Position numbers and translations under genes: made by a program. From positions 448,001-512,000 of the forward strand of contig CAVTHO010000008.1 of NCBI GenBank assembly GCA_963734545.1: 64,000 nt of DNA, in the 5' to 3' direction. The notes beneath the pieces were generated by a model. It was given only the letters and a program-made list of their open reading frames with translations, searched no databases and was not told where the DNA came from. How positions within the stretch are numbered: the stretch's first letter is position 1; each line of letters starts with the position of its first letter. Source of the DNA: an uncultured Spirochaetota bacterium (GTDB lineage: Bacteria > Spirochaetota > Spirochaetia > SZUA-6 > Fen-1364). Shown here piece after piece: positions 45,825 through 55,916 of the stretch.

Positions 45825-46717
45825 AGGATTACGTGATCAAGCTTGGCGTGCCCAAGGGAAGCCTCGAGCGCGCCACGATCGAGCTTTTCCAGAAGGCGGG
45901 ATGGAAGATATCGCTCTCCGAGCGCTCGTACTTCCCGTCCATCGACGATCCCGAGGTGAGCTGCAACCTCGTGCGCGCGCAGGAAATGGCGCGCTACGTG
46001 GAAAACGGCGTGCTCGACGCGGGCCTCACCGGCATGGACTGGATACTGGAAAACGAGGCGGACGTGGAGATCGTCACGGACCTCATCTACTCCAAGGCGA
46101 GCACGAGCAAGGCGCGGTGGGTGCTGGCCTGCCTGGCATCGTCTCCCATCGAGCGCCTGGAAGACTGCGCGGGAAAGACGATCTCCACGGAGCTGGTAGG
46201 GTTCACGAAGAGATACTTCGCCGAAAGAAACATCCCCGTGAAGGTCGAGTTCTCCTGGGGGGCCACCGAGGCGAAGGCGGTGGACGGCCTGGTGGACGCC
46301 ATCGTGGAGGTCACGGAGACGGGCAGCACGCTGCGCGCCAACGGTCTCAAGATCGTGCACACCCTGCTGGAGACCAACACCAAGCTCATCGCGAACAAGG
46401 CGGCGATGAAGGATCAGACGAAGAGGCGCAAGATCCAGCACATCGCCCTGCTCCTGCGCGGCGCGCTTGCCGCGGAGAACATGGTCGGCCTCAAGATGAA
46501 CGTGCCGGAGGCGAGCTTCGACGAGATCGTGAAGCTGCTCCCCAGCCTCACCTCGCCGACCGTGTCGCGGCTGCACAACGCCGCGTGGTTCTCCGTCGAG
46601 GTCATGATCCGGGAGTCTGTGGTCCGCGAGCTGGTCCCCCGGCTGATCGAAAAGGGAGCGGACGGCATCATCGAGTATCCCCTCAACAAGGTCGTCAACA
46701 GGAGTGACGCCCTGTGA
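45821..46717 (+). CDS. hisG: ATP phosphoribosyltransferase (long form)
   Basis: GVPKGSL, RAQEM, WGATE and [11 protein letters not shown] motifs; C-terminal regulatory domain. Confidence 0.93.
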   Translation: MKDYVIKLGVPKGSLERATIELFQKAGWKISLSERSYFPSIDDPEVSCNLVRAQEMARYVENGVLDAGLTGMDWILENEADVEIVTDLIYSKASTSKARWVLACLASSPIERLEDCAGKTISTELVGFTKRYFAERNIPVKVEFSWGATEAKAVDGLVDAIVEVTETGSTLRANGLKIVHTLLETNTKLIANKAAMKDQTKRRKIQHIALLLRGALAAENMVGLKMNVPEASFDEIVKLLPSLTSPTVSRLHNAAWFSVEVMIRESVVRELVPRLIEKGADGIIEYPLNKVVNRSDAL

Positions 46718-47508
46718 GGCAGTATCTCGAGCTGTGCCGCCACATCCTCGCGCACGGCGCGGACAAGCCCGACCGGACAGGGACGGGGACGCGCAGCGTC
46801 TTCGGATGGCAGATGCGGTTCGACCTCCAGGCGGGATTCCCGCTTCTCACGACGAAGAAGCTCAACACAAAGGCCATCATGCACGAGCTGCTCTGGTTCC
46901 TGCGCGGGGAGACGAACGTGCGCACCCTGCAGGAAGCCGGTGTCCATATCTGGGACGAATGGGCGGATGCGCAGGGCGAGCTGGGACCTGTCTACGGCCG
47001 TCAGTGGCGGTCATGGCCCACTCCGGACGGCGGCTCAATCGACCAGATCGCCCGGCTCGTGGAAAGACTGCGGGCCGAGCCGTGGTCACGGCGGCACATC
47101 GTGTGCGCATGGAACGTGGCAGACATCGACCGCATGGCCCTGGCGCCCTGTCACTGCCTGTTCCAGTTCTACGTGGCAGGGGACAGGCTCTCCTGCCAGC
47201 TCTATCAGCGCAGCGCGGACGTGTTCCTCGGTGTCCCCTTCAACATCGCCTCGTACAGCCTGCTCACGCACATGGTGGCCCAGGTGTGCGGGCTCCAGGC
47301 CCACGAGTTCGTGCATACCCTCGGGGACGCGCACATCTATACAAACCACATCTCCCAGATCGAGCTTCAATTGACCCGTGAGCCGAGGCCGCTTCCGCGT
47401 CTGAGCCTGCGCACGGGTGTGCCGAGCATTTTCGATTTTACGTTCGAGGATTTTTCCATACAGGGCTACGACCCCCACCCCGCCATCCGGGGCGCAATCT
47501 CCGTGTAG
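46714..47508 (+). CDS. thyA: Thymidylate synthase
   Basis: [22 protein letters not shown] and [14 protein letters not shown] motifs. Confidence 0.96.
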   Translation: MRQYLELCRHILAHGADKPDRTGTGTRSVFGWQMRFDLQAGFPLLTTKKLNTKAIMHELLWFLRGETNVRTLQEAGVHIWDEWADAQGELGPVYGRQWRSWPTPDGGSIDQIARLVERLRAEPWSRRHIVCAWNVADIDRMALAPCHCLFQFYVAGDRLSCQLYQRSADVFLGVPFNIASYSLLTHMVAQVCGLQAHEFVHTLGDAHIYTNHISQIELQLTREPRPLPRLSLRTGVPSIFDFTFEDFSIQGYDPHPAIRGAISV

Positions 47509-47526
47509 TACGGGATCGGGTGCCGC

Positions 47527-48066
47527 ATGTCCGTGGCCCTCATCGCGGCCATAGCCGCCAATCGGGTGATCGGAGACAGGGGCGCCCTGCCGTGGCGCCT
47601 GCCGGACGACCTTGCGCGATTCCGCAGGCTCACAATGGGACACGCCGTAATCATGGGGCGCGCTACGTTCAACTCCATGGGCCGGCCGCTTTCCGGCAGG
47701 CGCAACATCGTGCTGACGCGCGACACCGCCCTGCGGATCCCCGGTTGCGATGTCACGCATTCACCCGGGGAGGCCCTGGCAGCCGCGGGAGACGGGGAGA
47801 AGTTCATCATTGGCGGCGCCGCGATCTACGCTCTTTTCCTGCCGCTGGCTGACCTGATGTACCTCACGCTGATCGATGCGGAGGTGCCGGGGGAGACGCT
47901 CTTTCCTGATGTGCGCTGGGAGGAGTGGCGCGTCCTCCGAGAGACTCCCGGGCGCGTCGACGCTGCATCGTCGTACTCGGCGGATTCTCGCTCGCCTCTG
48001 CCCCACAGGTTCGTGGACTATGAGCGCGCAACCTTGCTTCTGCCGCCAGGCGCCACTCCCCTCTGA
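47527..48066 (+). CDS. folA: Dihydrofolate reductase
   Basis: VIGDRGALPW, IMGRATF, RPLSGRRNIV and IIGG motifs. Confidence 0.93.
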   Translation: MSVALIAAIAANRVIGDRGALPWRLPDDLARFRRLTMGHAVIMGRATFNSMGRPLSGRRNIVLTRDTALRIPGCDVTHSPGEALAAAGDGEKFIIGGAAIYALFLPLADLMYLTLIDAEVPGETLFPDVRWEEWRVLRETPGRVDAASSYSADSRSPLPHRFVDYERATLLLPPGATPL

Positions 48067-48162
48067 GCCAGCTTCCGCAGGCTGCATCAGCCTCCTCAAC
48101 CTGCGCAGTGAGCCGCGGCCCGCCCACCGAATTTCACAGGGCCTGGGCCGGGCCCTTGCGTT

Positions 48163-48190
48163 TGTTCCAACCTTATTAATGGTTGGAACA
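48163..48190. repeat. Perfect 10-bp inverted repeat with AT-only spacer
   Basis: TGTTCCAACC-TTATTAAT-GGTTGGAACA. Confidence 0.6.
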
Positions 48191-48336
48191 GGCAATCGTT
48201 ACTATGGACGAGAAATTGCAAGGGGGCAGCACACACTTTCGGGAAAACGGGGTCCGGCCCGAGCACGGGCGCGTCTTGGAGACTCTGGAATGATTGCGTC
48301 TTCTCGCCCTCGGATGCGTGTGGTACATTTGCGGCA

Positions 48337-49278
48337 TTGAGCCATTTTGTCGTTCTGCTCTATCTTCTCTCCCTTGGAAGCGGTATCGCGGCCATCTCAT
48401 TGCTAGCGTTTATCTTCTCGCGGACGCGGGAAGCGGCGATCCGCGCGTATCTCCCGTTCCTGGCAATCTATACGATGCTCATCTGCGCCTTGACCGTGCT
48501 GAACTACGTGGCGGCGAACGGGCTGGTGCGCCTGGAGGGTCCGGACTCCCTTTTTGCGCTGCTGAAGATCTACCTAGCCGTATTTGTTCCGTTCCTGGGC
48601 GCGGCCGGGCTGGTCATGCCGCGATTCTATGCTGCCTTTCTCGACCTTTCCCTGCCGCAACGCTACCGCGCCTCGACGATAGTCCTGGCCGCCGCGGCCG
48701 CGCCCGTCTTCGCGATCCTCGTTTCACGGGTGCATTTCTTCGCGGGGCTGGCGGCGTTTCTCGTGTATGTCATCGGGTTCATCACCGCCTCTTCATACCT
48801 CGCCGTTCGCGTGGCGCGGCGCCGGCCTTTTGTACGAGATCCAATGGTGCGTGCAGCCATCGCCGTCCTTTCAATGGCATTCGGGCTGAGCATAGGCGGC
48901 GCCATAGCGGAGTCGTTCCTCATGACCCGGCTGTACGTCGAAACCGGGGGCAAGGCGGTCTTCTTTTCCATCGTCAATCCTCTTTTCTACCTGCTCTGGA
49001 ACGTCCTCTCGATCTTTTTTGCGGCAAAGCGCTACCTGCACCCGGTCGCGCCCGGCTCGGGGCTCGAGCTGTCCCCGCGCTTCCTGGAGCAATTCGGCAT
49101 TACGGATCGTGAAGCCGAGATAACCCGGGCCGTTCTGGAGGGACAGAGCAACAAGGAGATCGCCTACAATCTGAGCATCTCCATCAACACGGTGCGCAAC
49201 CATCTGAGCAGCGTCTTCATGAAAGCGGGTGTCGCAAGCCGCATGCAGCTGGCGAAAAGGCTCCGGACCGCCGGCTGA
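48337..49278 (+). CDS. Membrane-integral LuxR-family transcriptional regulator
   Basis: ~7 TM N-terminus; C-terminal ITDREAEI...GQSNKEIAYNLSISINTVRNHL. Confidence 0.87.
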   Translation: MSHFVVLLYLLSLGSGIAAISLLAFIFSRTREAAIRAYLPFLAIYTMLICALTVLNYVAANGLVRLEGPDSLFALLKIYLAVFVPFLGAAGLVMPRFYAAFLDLSLPQRYRASTIVLAAAAAPVFAILVSRVHFFAGLAAFLVYVIGFITASSYLAVRVARRRPFVRDPMVRAAIAVLSMAFGLSIGGAIAESFLMTRLYVETGGKAVFFSIVNPLFYLLWNVLSIFFAAKRYLHPVAPGSGLELSPRFLEQFGITDREAEITRAVLEGQSNKEIAYNLSISINTVRNHLSSVFMKAGVASRMQLAKRLRTAG

Positions 49279-49316
49279 AACCTCTCGCCTGGCTCGCGCG
49301 GCCAGGCTTCCCCGGG

Positions 49317-49336
49317 CATGGTACGAAAATACCATG
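49317..49336. promoter_or_regulatory. Candidate LuxR-type operator
   Basis: CATGGTA-6 nt-TACCATG, upstream of -10-like TACTCT (49373) and the 49390 gene. Confidence 0.45.
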
Positions 49337-49389
49337 GCGCAAAGCGCGTGGATGTCCTTTCATTGGGAAATCTACTCTCGGGAGGAAAC

Positions 49390-50295
49390 GTGAAAATCAA
49401 AGCTGTCGTGAGCTACCTGATGACTTTCGCGGTCGTGTGTGTGGCAGTCATGGTCTCGACATGGATCGTCCCGGTGAGGGCCGAATTGATGGCGCAGATC
49501 ACCGCTGCCGGTCCCCGCTTCATGGCCGTTACCATGGTCAACTTCGCGATTACCGCGCTGGTGCTGTTCATGTTCCTGCGGGTTGCCCGGACGAGGGGAT
49601 GGAGGCTTGCCCTCGGCATGGTGGGTGCATTCTGGGGCGTGCTGTACTGCATGAGCCAGATCGAGAGCCTGATCTTCAATGAGGCCCTCACCTCGATGAC
49701 GACGCGGGACATTATTGAGACTGTCCTGCGCGGGTTCGTCTCCACCGCGTTGTCAGTCCCGGCGGCAATGCTGATGACCGGGGCATTCAAGAAGCCCGCT
49801 GAAAAAAGTGAAAAAGCCAGGATCGCGCTCGGGGAGTACGTCTGGAAGATCCCGGTGGGAGCCGTTGCGTACGTGGCCGTGTACTGGCTGTTCGGTTATT
49901 TCGTGGCATGGCAGTTTCCCGCGGTACGGCAATACTACTCAGGCACGGCCAACCTCATCCCGTTCTTTCAGTACACCGCCGGCGTCCTGTCTGATTCACC
50001 CACCTTCCTGTTGATCCAGCTCGGACGCGGAGCGCTGTGGGGGCTCCTGGCTCTTCTTCTCGTTGGTCTGCTCGGGAGGAATCGCTCCACGAGCGTCGCG
50101 GGAGTAGCGGCCCTGTTCGTCCTGTTCGGGCTGCAGCTTCTCGTTCCGAATCCCATGATGCCGGATGCGATCCGCATACCCCATCTCATCGAAACCGCAA
50201 GCTCGATGCTCCTCTACGGCGCTTTTCTGGGGAGCTTCCTTCACCCCGGACAGGCGCGCCTCGACAGCCGGCAGGAGGCGCACGCAGCACGCTAG
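49390..50295 (+). CDS. Hypothetical integral membrane protein (~8 TM, two-fold internal repeat)
   Basis: RBS GGAGG with GTG start; hydrophobic helices; SQIE and HLIET motifs. Confidence 0.75.
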   Translation: MKIKAVVSYLMTFAVVCVAVMVSTWIVPVRAELMAQITAAGPRFMAVTMVNFAITALVLFMFLRVARTRGWRLALGMVGAFWGVLYCMSQIESLIFNEALTSMTTRDIIETVLRGFVSTALSVPAAMLMTGAFKKPAEKSEKARIALGEYVWKIPVGAVAYVAVYWLFGYFVAWQFPAVRQYYSGTANLIPFFQYTAGVLSDSPTFLLIQLGRGALWGLLALLLVGLLGRNRSTSVAGVAALFVLFGLQLLVPNPMMPDAIRIPHLIETASSMLLYGAFLGSFLHPGQARLDSRQEAHAAR

Positions 50296-51122
50296 GCTCG
50301 CGGGGGACAGTATCTCAGGAACCTGACGAGGAAAAAGGCGCTCACCGCCGCCATGGAGCCGTATTGCACCAGCTCGACCACGCTGAAGCCCATTCCTTTC
50401 CATGAGATCATGAAGTCGAGGAACACGAGGCACAGGGACATGATCGTCGAGAAGGTGATGAACGCGGGGGCGAGCAGGTATCCGAATCCCTGTTTCCTGA
50501 ACAGGAGGACGGCGGAAACCATGAATGCCGGAAAGAATACACCGAGATCGAGCGCATGAAACGCCGCCGTGATCAGCCCTGAAAAAGCAGCGCTCTCTGG
50601 AAGGATCCCGGTGAAGGTCGAGGGAAGGATTTCACTCAGCCAGAGACCGATGAAGAAAAGTCCCGCAATCGCCAGAAAAATCACCGTGCCGGCCGTCTTT
50701 GTCTCGGGGACAAACCAGTCTCTTACGCGTTCCGCGCTCAGCCCCGCGATGGCGATAAAAAGGCAATAGAGGGCCAGCCCCATTTCAAAGGCGTACAGCA
50801 GAAAGAAATGATTGAAGTGAAGCGTAAAGCAATTGTAAGTGAATACATAGAGCGCATACATCATGGTGCCGAACCAGATGATGAAAGCCCTCCGGGAGCC
50901 GCGGCTCATGAGAAACGAGCTGGCGATCAGTACCGGCACGATGACAAAAAGATTTCCCAGATCCAGCCCGAGCACCTGGACGGTGTAGGCGGGACTGTCT
51001 TTCGAATACAGGTCCTTTTCAAAGAGCAGGCCCCCTGTGCTTGCAACCAGGATGATCGCGCAGAGCAGGAGAGTCAGGACAATCAGCGTTCTTACATGCG
51101 GTATTCGATTCATGGTGTTCAT
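50292..51122 (-). CDS. Hypothetical integral membrane protein (~8 TM)
   Basis: GLDLGNL, HALDLG and GYLLAP motifs; hydrophobic. Confidence 0.75.
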   Translation of the reverse strand: MNTMNRIPHVRTLIVLTLLLCAIILVASTGGLLFEKDLYSKDSPAYTVQVLGLDLGNLFVIVPVLIASSFLMSRGSRRAFIIWFGTMMYALYVFTYNCFTLHFNHFFLLYAFEMGLALYCLFIAIAGLSAERVRDWFVPETKTAGTVIFLAIAGLFFIGLWLSEILPSTFTGILPESAAFSGLITAAFHALDLGVFFPAFMVSAVLLFRKQGFGYLLAPAFITFSTIMSLCLVFLDFMISWKGMGFSVVELVQYGSMAAVSAFFLVRFLRYCPPRA

Positions 51123-51246
51123 TTCCCCGACTTCTGTTGATTCGCGCCCTGCATTATCGGGGAACTGGATTCCTGGTCAAGTGCGCTCTCCATTCGTGTC
51201 TTGCCAGGGGGAGGCAATTCCGGTAACGTCCGCTCAAGAGGTCATC

Positions 51247-52434
51247 ATGCGAAGGCACTGAACTGATCACAGCAAAAGAACCCCTGTATTCGCCCTCACC
51301 CTGCTCGCGATCGAGCTCCTCGACGAGCTCATCGGGGGGGCCCGTGAGGCCGCGTGGCCTTTGATCCGCAGCGATCTGGCGCTTTCCTACATTCATATCG
51401 GCCTGCTCGTCAGCGTTCCTGCCATCCTCAGCAATGTCATCGAACCGGTTCTCGGCGTTCTCTCCGATACCGGGCGTCGCCGGGCGCTGATCCTGGGAGG
51501 CGGCTGTCTTTTCGTCCTGTCCTCCGTCCTCACTGCCGTCAGCCCGGGTTTCTGGCCTTTGCTTACCGCATTCATCCTGTTTTATCCCGCATCCGGCGCG
51601 TTTGTCGGTCTTTCCCAGGCGGTCCTCATGGACTTGAATCCCGAGCGCCGGGAACAGAACATGGCGCGCTGGACATTTGCCGGGTCCCTCGGAATGAGCG
51701 CGGGTCCCCTCGCCCTCGGAGCCGCGCTCGGGTTGGGCACGGGATGGCGGGAGTTGTTTCTGGTCTTTGCGGTTCTGGCCGCCGTGCTCCTCTTCGCGGC
51801 GTGGCGCCGGCCCTTCCCGCACACCGGCGGAGACGGCACGACCAGGGAGAGGGGACCCGGGCTGGCGGCCGGCCTCGTGGTCGCCTGGAAGGCACTTCAG
51901 CGCAGGGAGGTCCTGCGCTGGCTTGCTCTCCTGCAGTTCTCCGATCTCATGCTCGACGTGCTGTACGGCCTGCTTGCGCTGTATTTCGTGGACGTGGTCG
52001 GAGTTTCGGCCGGGCAGGCTGCCCTGGCCGTGGCGATCTGGACCGTGGTGGGGCTCGCAGGGGATTTCCTTCTCATTCCCCTCCTGGAGAAAGTGCGGGG
52101 GCTCTCCTATCTCCGGGTGAGCGCGGCGATCATGACCGTGCTGTTCCCGGCGTTCCTGCTCGTCCCGCCGCTCGCGGGCAAGCTCGTCATCCTCGGCGCT
52201 CTGGGCTTTCTCAATTCGGGATGGTACGCCATCCTTCAGGCGCAATTGTACGGTTCCCTGCCGGGGCGGAGCGGTACGGCGCTTGCGGTGGGAAATGCGG
52301 GCGGCCTGATCGGCGGCTTCGTACCTCTGGCGCTCGGCGTGTTCGCGCAGGCGGCCGGCCTCCATGTCGCCATGTGGGCCCTGCTCGCCGGCCCGGTTGC
52401 CCTGCTCATCGGGATTCCCCGATCAAAACATTGA
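51247..52434 (+). CDS. MFS transporter; in-frame TGA at codon 5 (51259)
   Basis: LLAIELLDELIGGAREAAWPLIRSDL is in frame upstream of the ORF-track start; GVLSDTGRRR motif A. Confidence 0.75.
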
Positions 52435-52449
52435 CACCGATTCACGCGT

Positions 52450-53652
52450 GTGACAGGCTTGCGTGTGGCACTCAGTGAATCGCAGTCAGCCGAACCGACG
52501 CGAGACTTGCGGGAGCGGATACTGAACAGGCTCCTCCAGGTTGTTGCGGGCGTGGGAGTCGTCGCCTACGCGCCGAGCGCCTATCTCTCGATCAAGGAGA
52601 GACTCTGGCCGGTTCTCGTCGTGGATACCTTCGCTTTCCTCTACACCATCTGCCTCGCCCTTTTCAAAGGACTCCCCTTTCGATTGAGGGTCCTCTCCCT
52701 GATCTTCATTGCCTACGCCCTGGGAGTCATCCTGATCATTCTTACCGGGCCTTTCGGCGCCGGCCATTTGTTCATCTTCGGCTTCGTTTTTCTCGTCTCC
52801 CTGTTCGGCGGCGTCCGGGAAATGGTTCTGGCAAACGTCCTGGCCATTTTCACCCACGTGGGCTTCACCGTCGCCTCGGCATTGCACCTCCTTCCCTGGC
52901 CGCAGGGCCCCGAATCGGTCATCGTCATCTCGGCCAACTTCATCCTCGTCAGCCTCGTTCTCTCGTTCTCGGCCAACTATCTCATCCGCGGGTACGCTGC
53001 GGCCGCCTCGGGGGAAAAGCGGCTCCGTGAGGCGCTCGAGATGATGCTGAAAGAAATCGAGCACAGGGTAAAGAACAACCTGCAGGTCATCACGAGCCTC
53101 GTCAGCCTGCGAGGCGGTCCAGGCACGGATCCGGTCCGGGCCCTCGAGGACATCAAAGGGACCCTCTCTGCCATATCAGTCGTCCACCAGCTTCTCTACA
53201 GGAGGAACGCCTTCTACCTCGTGGAGCTGAGCGCGCTTCTCACCTCGCTGACCCAGCGGTTTCAAAACCTCGACCGGAATATCACCTTCTCCTTCGAGTG
53301 GAAAGGTACGAAGGTCGAGATGGACGGTGATCGCGCAGTCAGCGTTGGCTTGCTGGTCAACGAGATCGTCATGAACTCGGTCAAGCATGCCTTCCCGCAA
53401 AGGGAGGGACGGATCAACCTGAGCGTGGACTACGACTCCGGGAGCCGCACCGTGTCCCTGTTGATAGGCGACGATGGCCGCGGAATGACGGAAAAGGACG
53501 GCATTTCCGAAGGGAATGGGATCAAGATCATCCGTGCCCTGGCACGGCAGCTCAATGCGGAGATGGAGCTCACGGTAACTCCCAGCGTGCGCTACCGTTT
53601 TCGAATGCGGATCGAGCAGCCCGAGGAGAGCCTGCTCGGATCACGCAACTAG
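52450..53652 (+). CDS. Membrane sensor histidine kinase (HisKA_2/HWE type)
   Basis: EIEHRVKNNLQ, NEIVMNSVKHAF and DDGRG motifs. Confidence 0.88.
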   Translation: MTGLRVALSESQSAEPTRDLRERILNRLLQVVAGVGVVAYAPSAYLSIKERLWPVLVVDTFAFLYTICLALFKGLPFRLRVLSLIFIAYALGVILIILTGPFGAGHLFIFGFVFLVSLFGGVREMVLANVLAIFTHVGFTVASALHLLPWPQGPESVIVISANFILVSLVLSFSANYLIRGYAAAASGEKRLREALEMMLKEIEHRVKNNLQVITSLVSLRGGPGTDPVRALEDIKGTLSAISVVHQLLYRRNAFYLVELSALLTSLTQRFQNLDRNITFSFEWKGTKVEMDGDRAVSVGLLVNEIVMNSVKHAFPQREGRINLSVDYDSGSRTVSLLIGDDGRGMTEKDGISEGNGIKIIRALARQLNAEMELTVTPSVRYRFRMRIEQPEESLLGSRN

Positions 53653-53738
53653 CGCAACGGGATCGCCAAACGGCGTCACCCCGTTCAGTGGAAAGTATGG
53701 TACGCTTCTTTCATAATAGTCGTTAAGGGGAACTGTCG

Positions 53739-55874
53739 ATGAAAAATCTACGACTGGCAGCGAAGATCGGAGTCGGCTTCGGTCTGGTCATAGCGATTGC
53801 CGTTGCCCTGGGCGCCATCGCCATCATCAGCATGAGGGGAGTGCAGGGAGATGCGGGACGGCTCGAGCGGGAGACGGTGCCGCAAATGGACGTTGCAACC
53901 AACCTGGAGCGAAACGCCCTGCTCAGCATGTACAACATGCGGGGATACGCGCTCTCCGCCCAGAAGAGCTCGCTCGACGAGGCGAAGACGTATCTCGAAA
54001 TGACGCAGAAGTATCTCACCGACGCAGAGAATCTCGCTTCGAAGTATCCCCGCCTGGGAACGCTGCGCAACAGCGCCGCGGAGGCAAAGTCCCGGGTGGA
54101 GCGCTATGCCAGGACTGCCGACGAAATGGCAGCGGCCATCGCCGACATCGTTGTCGTCCGCAGGGCGCGCGACGAAGCGGCTGCAACGTTCTCGGAGAAA
54201 TCCCAGGCACTCCTGGCAGGACTGAACGACAGAGCAACGGCCGGACTGAAGAAGGGAGCGAGCTCCGCTGCCGGCGTCCGAAGACTTGGCCAGATCAGCG
54301 GAATGAATGAGGTCATCGCCCTTGCCCACAACCTCATACTGGCGAATTTCAGGGCTGAGGCGGCGGACAATCCCTCGCTCCTGCAGAAAGCCCTGGATGA
54401 CTTTGCGCTGTTCTCCGACAAGTGCAAATCCCTGGATGCGATCATGGAGGGAGAGGACAGGGCTGAATTGAAAGAGCTGCAGGCTGAAGGGGAGAACCTG
54501 GCATCAGCAAGCCGCTCGGTGCACGCCGATATGGCGAAGATCTCGAGTCTGAGCATGGACGGCAACAATGCGGCAGTGATGGTGATCAATGCTGCCCAGA
54601 AGATCTATCAGGAGAGCCTCGACGACGCCCATGCAATCACCGCGGTCACCGTGACACGGCTTCTCGCCGCAATGCTCATCCTGGTGGCCGGTCTTGCGGG
54701 CGCCGCGCTGATGAGTGTCACCGTGGCCATCGCTATCACCCGGGCAGTCGTGGGGCCGCTTTCCAAGGGGGTGATGTTCGCCCAGCGCGTCGCCGCGGGC
54801 GATTTCACCGGGCACCTGGACATCGTCCAGAAGGACGAAGTGGGCGTGCTCGTCGATTCGCTGAACGGCATGGCGTCGAGGCTGAAGGAGACGATCATGA
54901 CCGTCCAGCAGAACGCGGCGCAAGTAGCATCCTCCACCGAAGAGATCGCGACCGGCGCGCAGAAGCTCGCCGAGGGAGCACAGAGTCAGGCTTCCACGCT
55001 GGTGCAGACCTCGGCCTCGGTGGAAGAGCTCTCCGCTTCCGTGGATCAGGTCTCCGCGCACGCGCGCTCCCAATCCGAGGCGGTGCAATCGGGAGCCGCC
55101 TCCATGGCGGAGGTGCAGAAGTCGATCGAAGCCGTTTCCGGGAGCCTGGGAGAGATCGCCGCCCTGGCACGAAAGTCCATGGAGGACGCCATCGAAGGCG
55201 CCGCCGCCGTGCAGTCGGTGGTGCGGGGCATCAATATCATCGCGGAGAGCTCGGAGAAGATCGGGGGGATCGTCGGCGTCATTTCGGACATCGCCGACCA
55301 GACGAACCTCCTTGCCCTCAATGCCGCCATCGAAGCGGCCCGGGCCGGCGAGCATGGCCGCGGATTCGCCGTGGTGGCGGATGAAGTGAGCAAGCTCGCA
55401 GATCGCAGCGCCTCGTCCACCAAGGAGATCGAATCCCTGATAAGGGAGAGCGTGAAGAACGTGAGCCAGGGAGTCATGACCGCGCAGGGCTCCCAGAAGG
55501 CGATGGAGCAGATACGGGACGCTTCCCGCCATGTGAACGACATGATCGGCGGGCTTGCCGATGCAATGGCGCAGCAGGTGGTCTCGATTCAGGACCTGGC
55601 AAAAGCTCTCACCAACGTCAGCGAGATGAGCTTGAGCATCTCGGCCGCCACCCAGGAGCAGACCGCCAACGCGCAGCAGGTCTCGAAGGCGGTTGAAAAC
55701 GTCAGCGAGCTGACCCAGGCAGCGGCAGGGTCCGCGGAGGAGATGTCTGCGGCGACGGAACAGCTCTCCAGTATGGCGCAGATTCTGCAGAAGCTCGTGG
55801 GACATTTCAAGGTTTCAAGCGGCGAAGAGAGCCCGCAGCATTCCGCCATCGGTGAGCTGCCGATGATCACATAG
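53739..55874 (+). CDS. Methyl-accepting chemotaxis protein (paralog of 21663..23831)
   Basis: HAMP and [33 protein letters not shown]. Confidence 0.93.
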   Translation: MKNLRLAAKIGVGFGLVIAIAVALGAIAIISMRGVQGDAGRLERETVPQMDVATNLERNALLSMYNMRGYALSAQKSSLDEAKTYLEMTQKYLTDAENLASKYPRLGTLRNSAAEAKSRVERYARTADEMAAAIADIVVVRRARDEAAATFSEKSQALLAGLNDRATAGLKKGASSAAGVRRLGQISGMNEVIALAHNLILANFRAEAADNPSLLQKALDDFALFSDKCKSLDAIMEGEDRAELKELQAEGENLASASRSVHADMAKISSLSMDGNNAAVMVINAAQKIYQESLDDAHAITAVTVTRLLAAMLILVAGLAGAALMSVTVAIAITRAVVGPLSKGVMFAQRVAAGDFTGHLDIVQKDEVGVLVDSLNGMASRLKETIMTVQQNAAQVASSTEEIATGAQKLAEGAQSQASTLVQTSASVEELSASVDQVSAHARSQSEAVQSGAASMAEVQKSIEAVSGSLGEIAALARKSMEDAIEGAAAVQSVVRGINIIAESSEKIGGIVGVISDIADQTNLLALNAAIEAARAGEHGRGFAVVADEVSKLADRSASSTKEIESLIRESVKNVSQGVMTAQGSQKAMEQIRDASRHVNDMIGGLADAMAQQVVSIQDLAKALTNVSEMSLSISAATQEQTANAQQVSKAVENVSELTQAAAGSAEEMSAATEQLSSMAQILQKLVGHFKVSSGEESPQHSAIGELPMIT

Positions 55875-55916
55875 CGGCCGGGGCGCCGCGCTCAAGGGCC
55901 GGCAGGTTCGCAAATT

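Noticed and set aside
48163-48190. dif site or integron att site
   Set aside because: It does not match XerC/XerD arms or attC core geometry; kept only as an inverted repeat.
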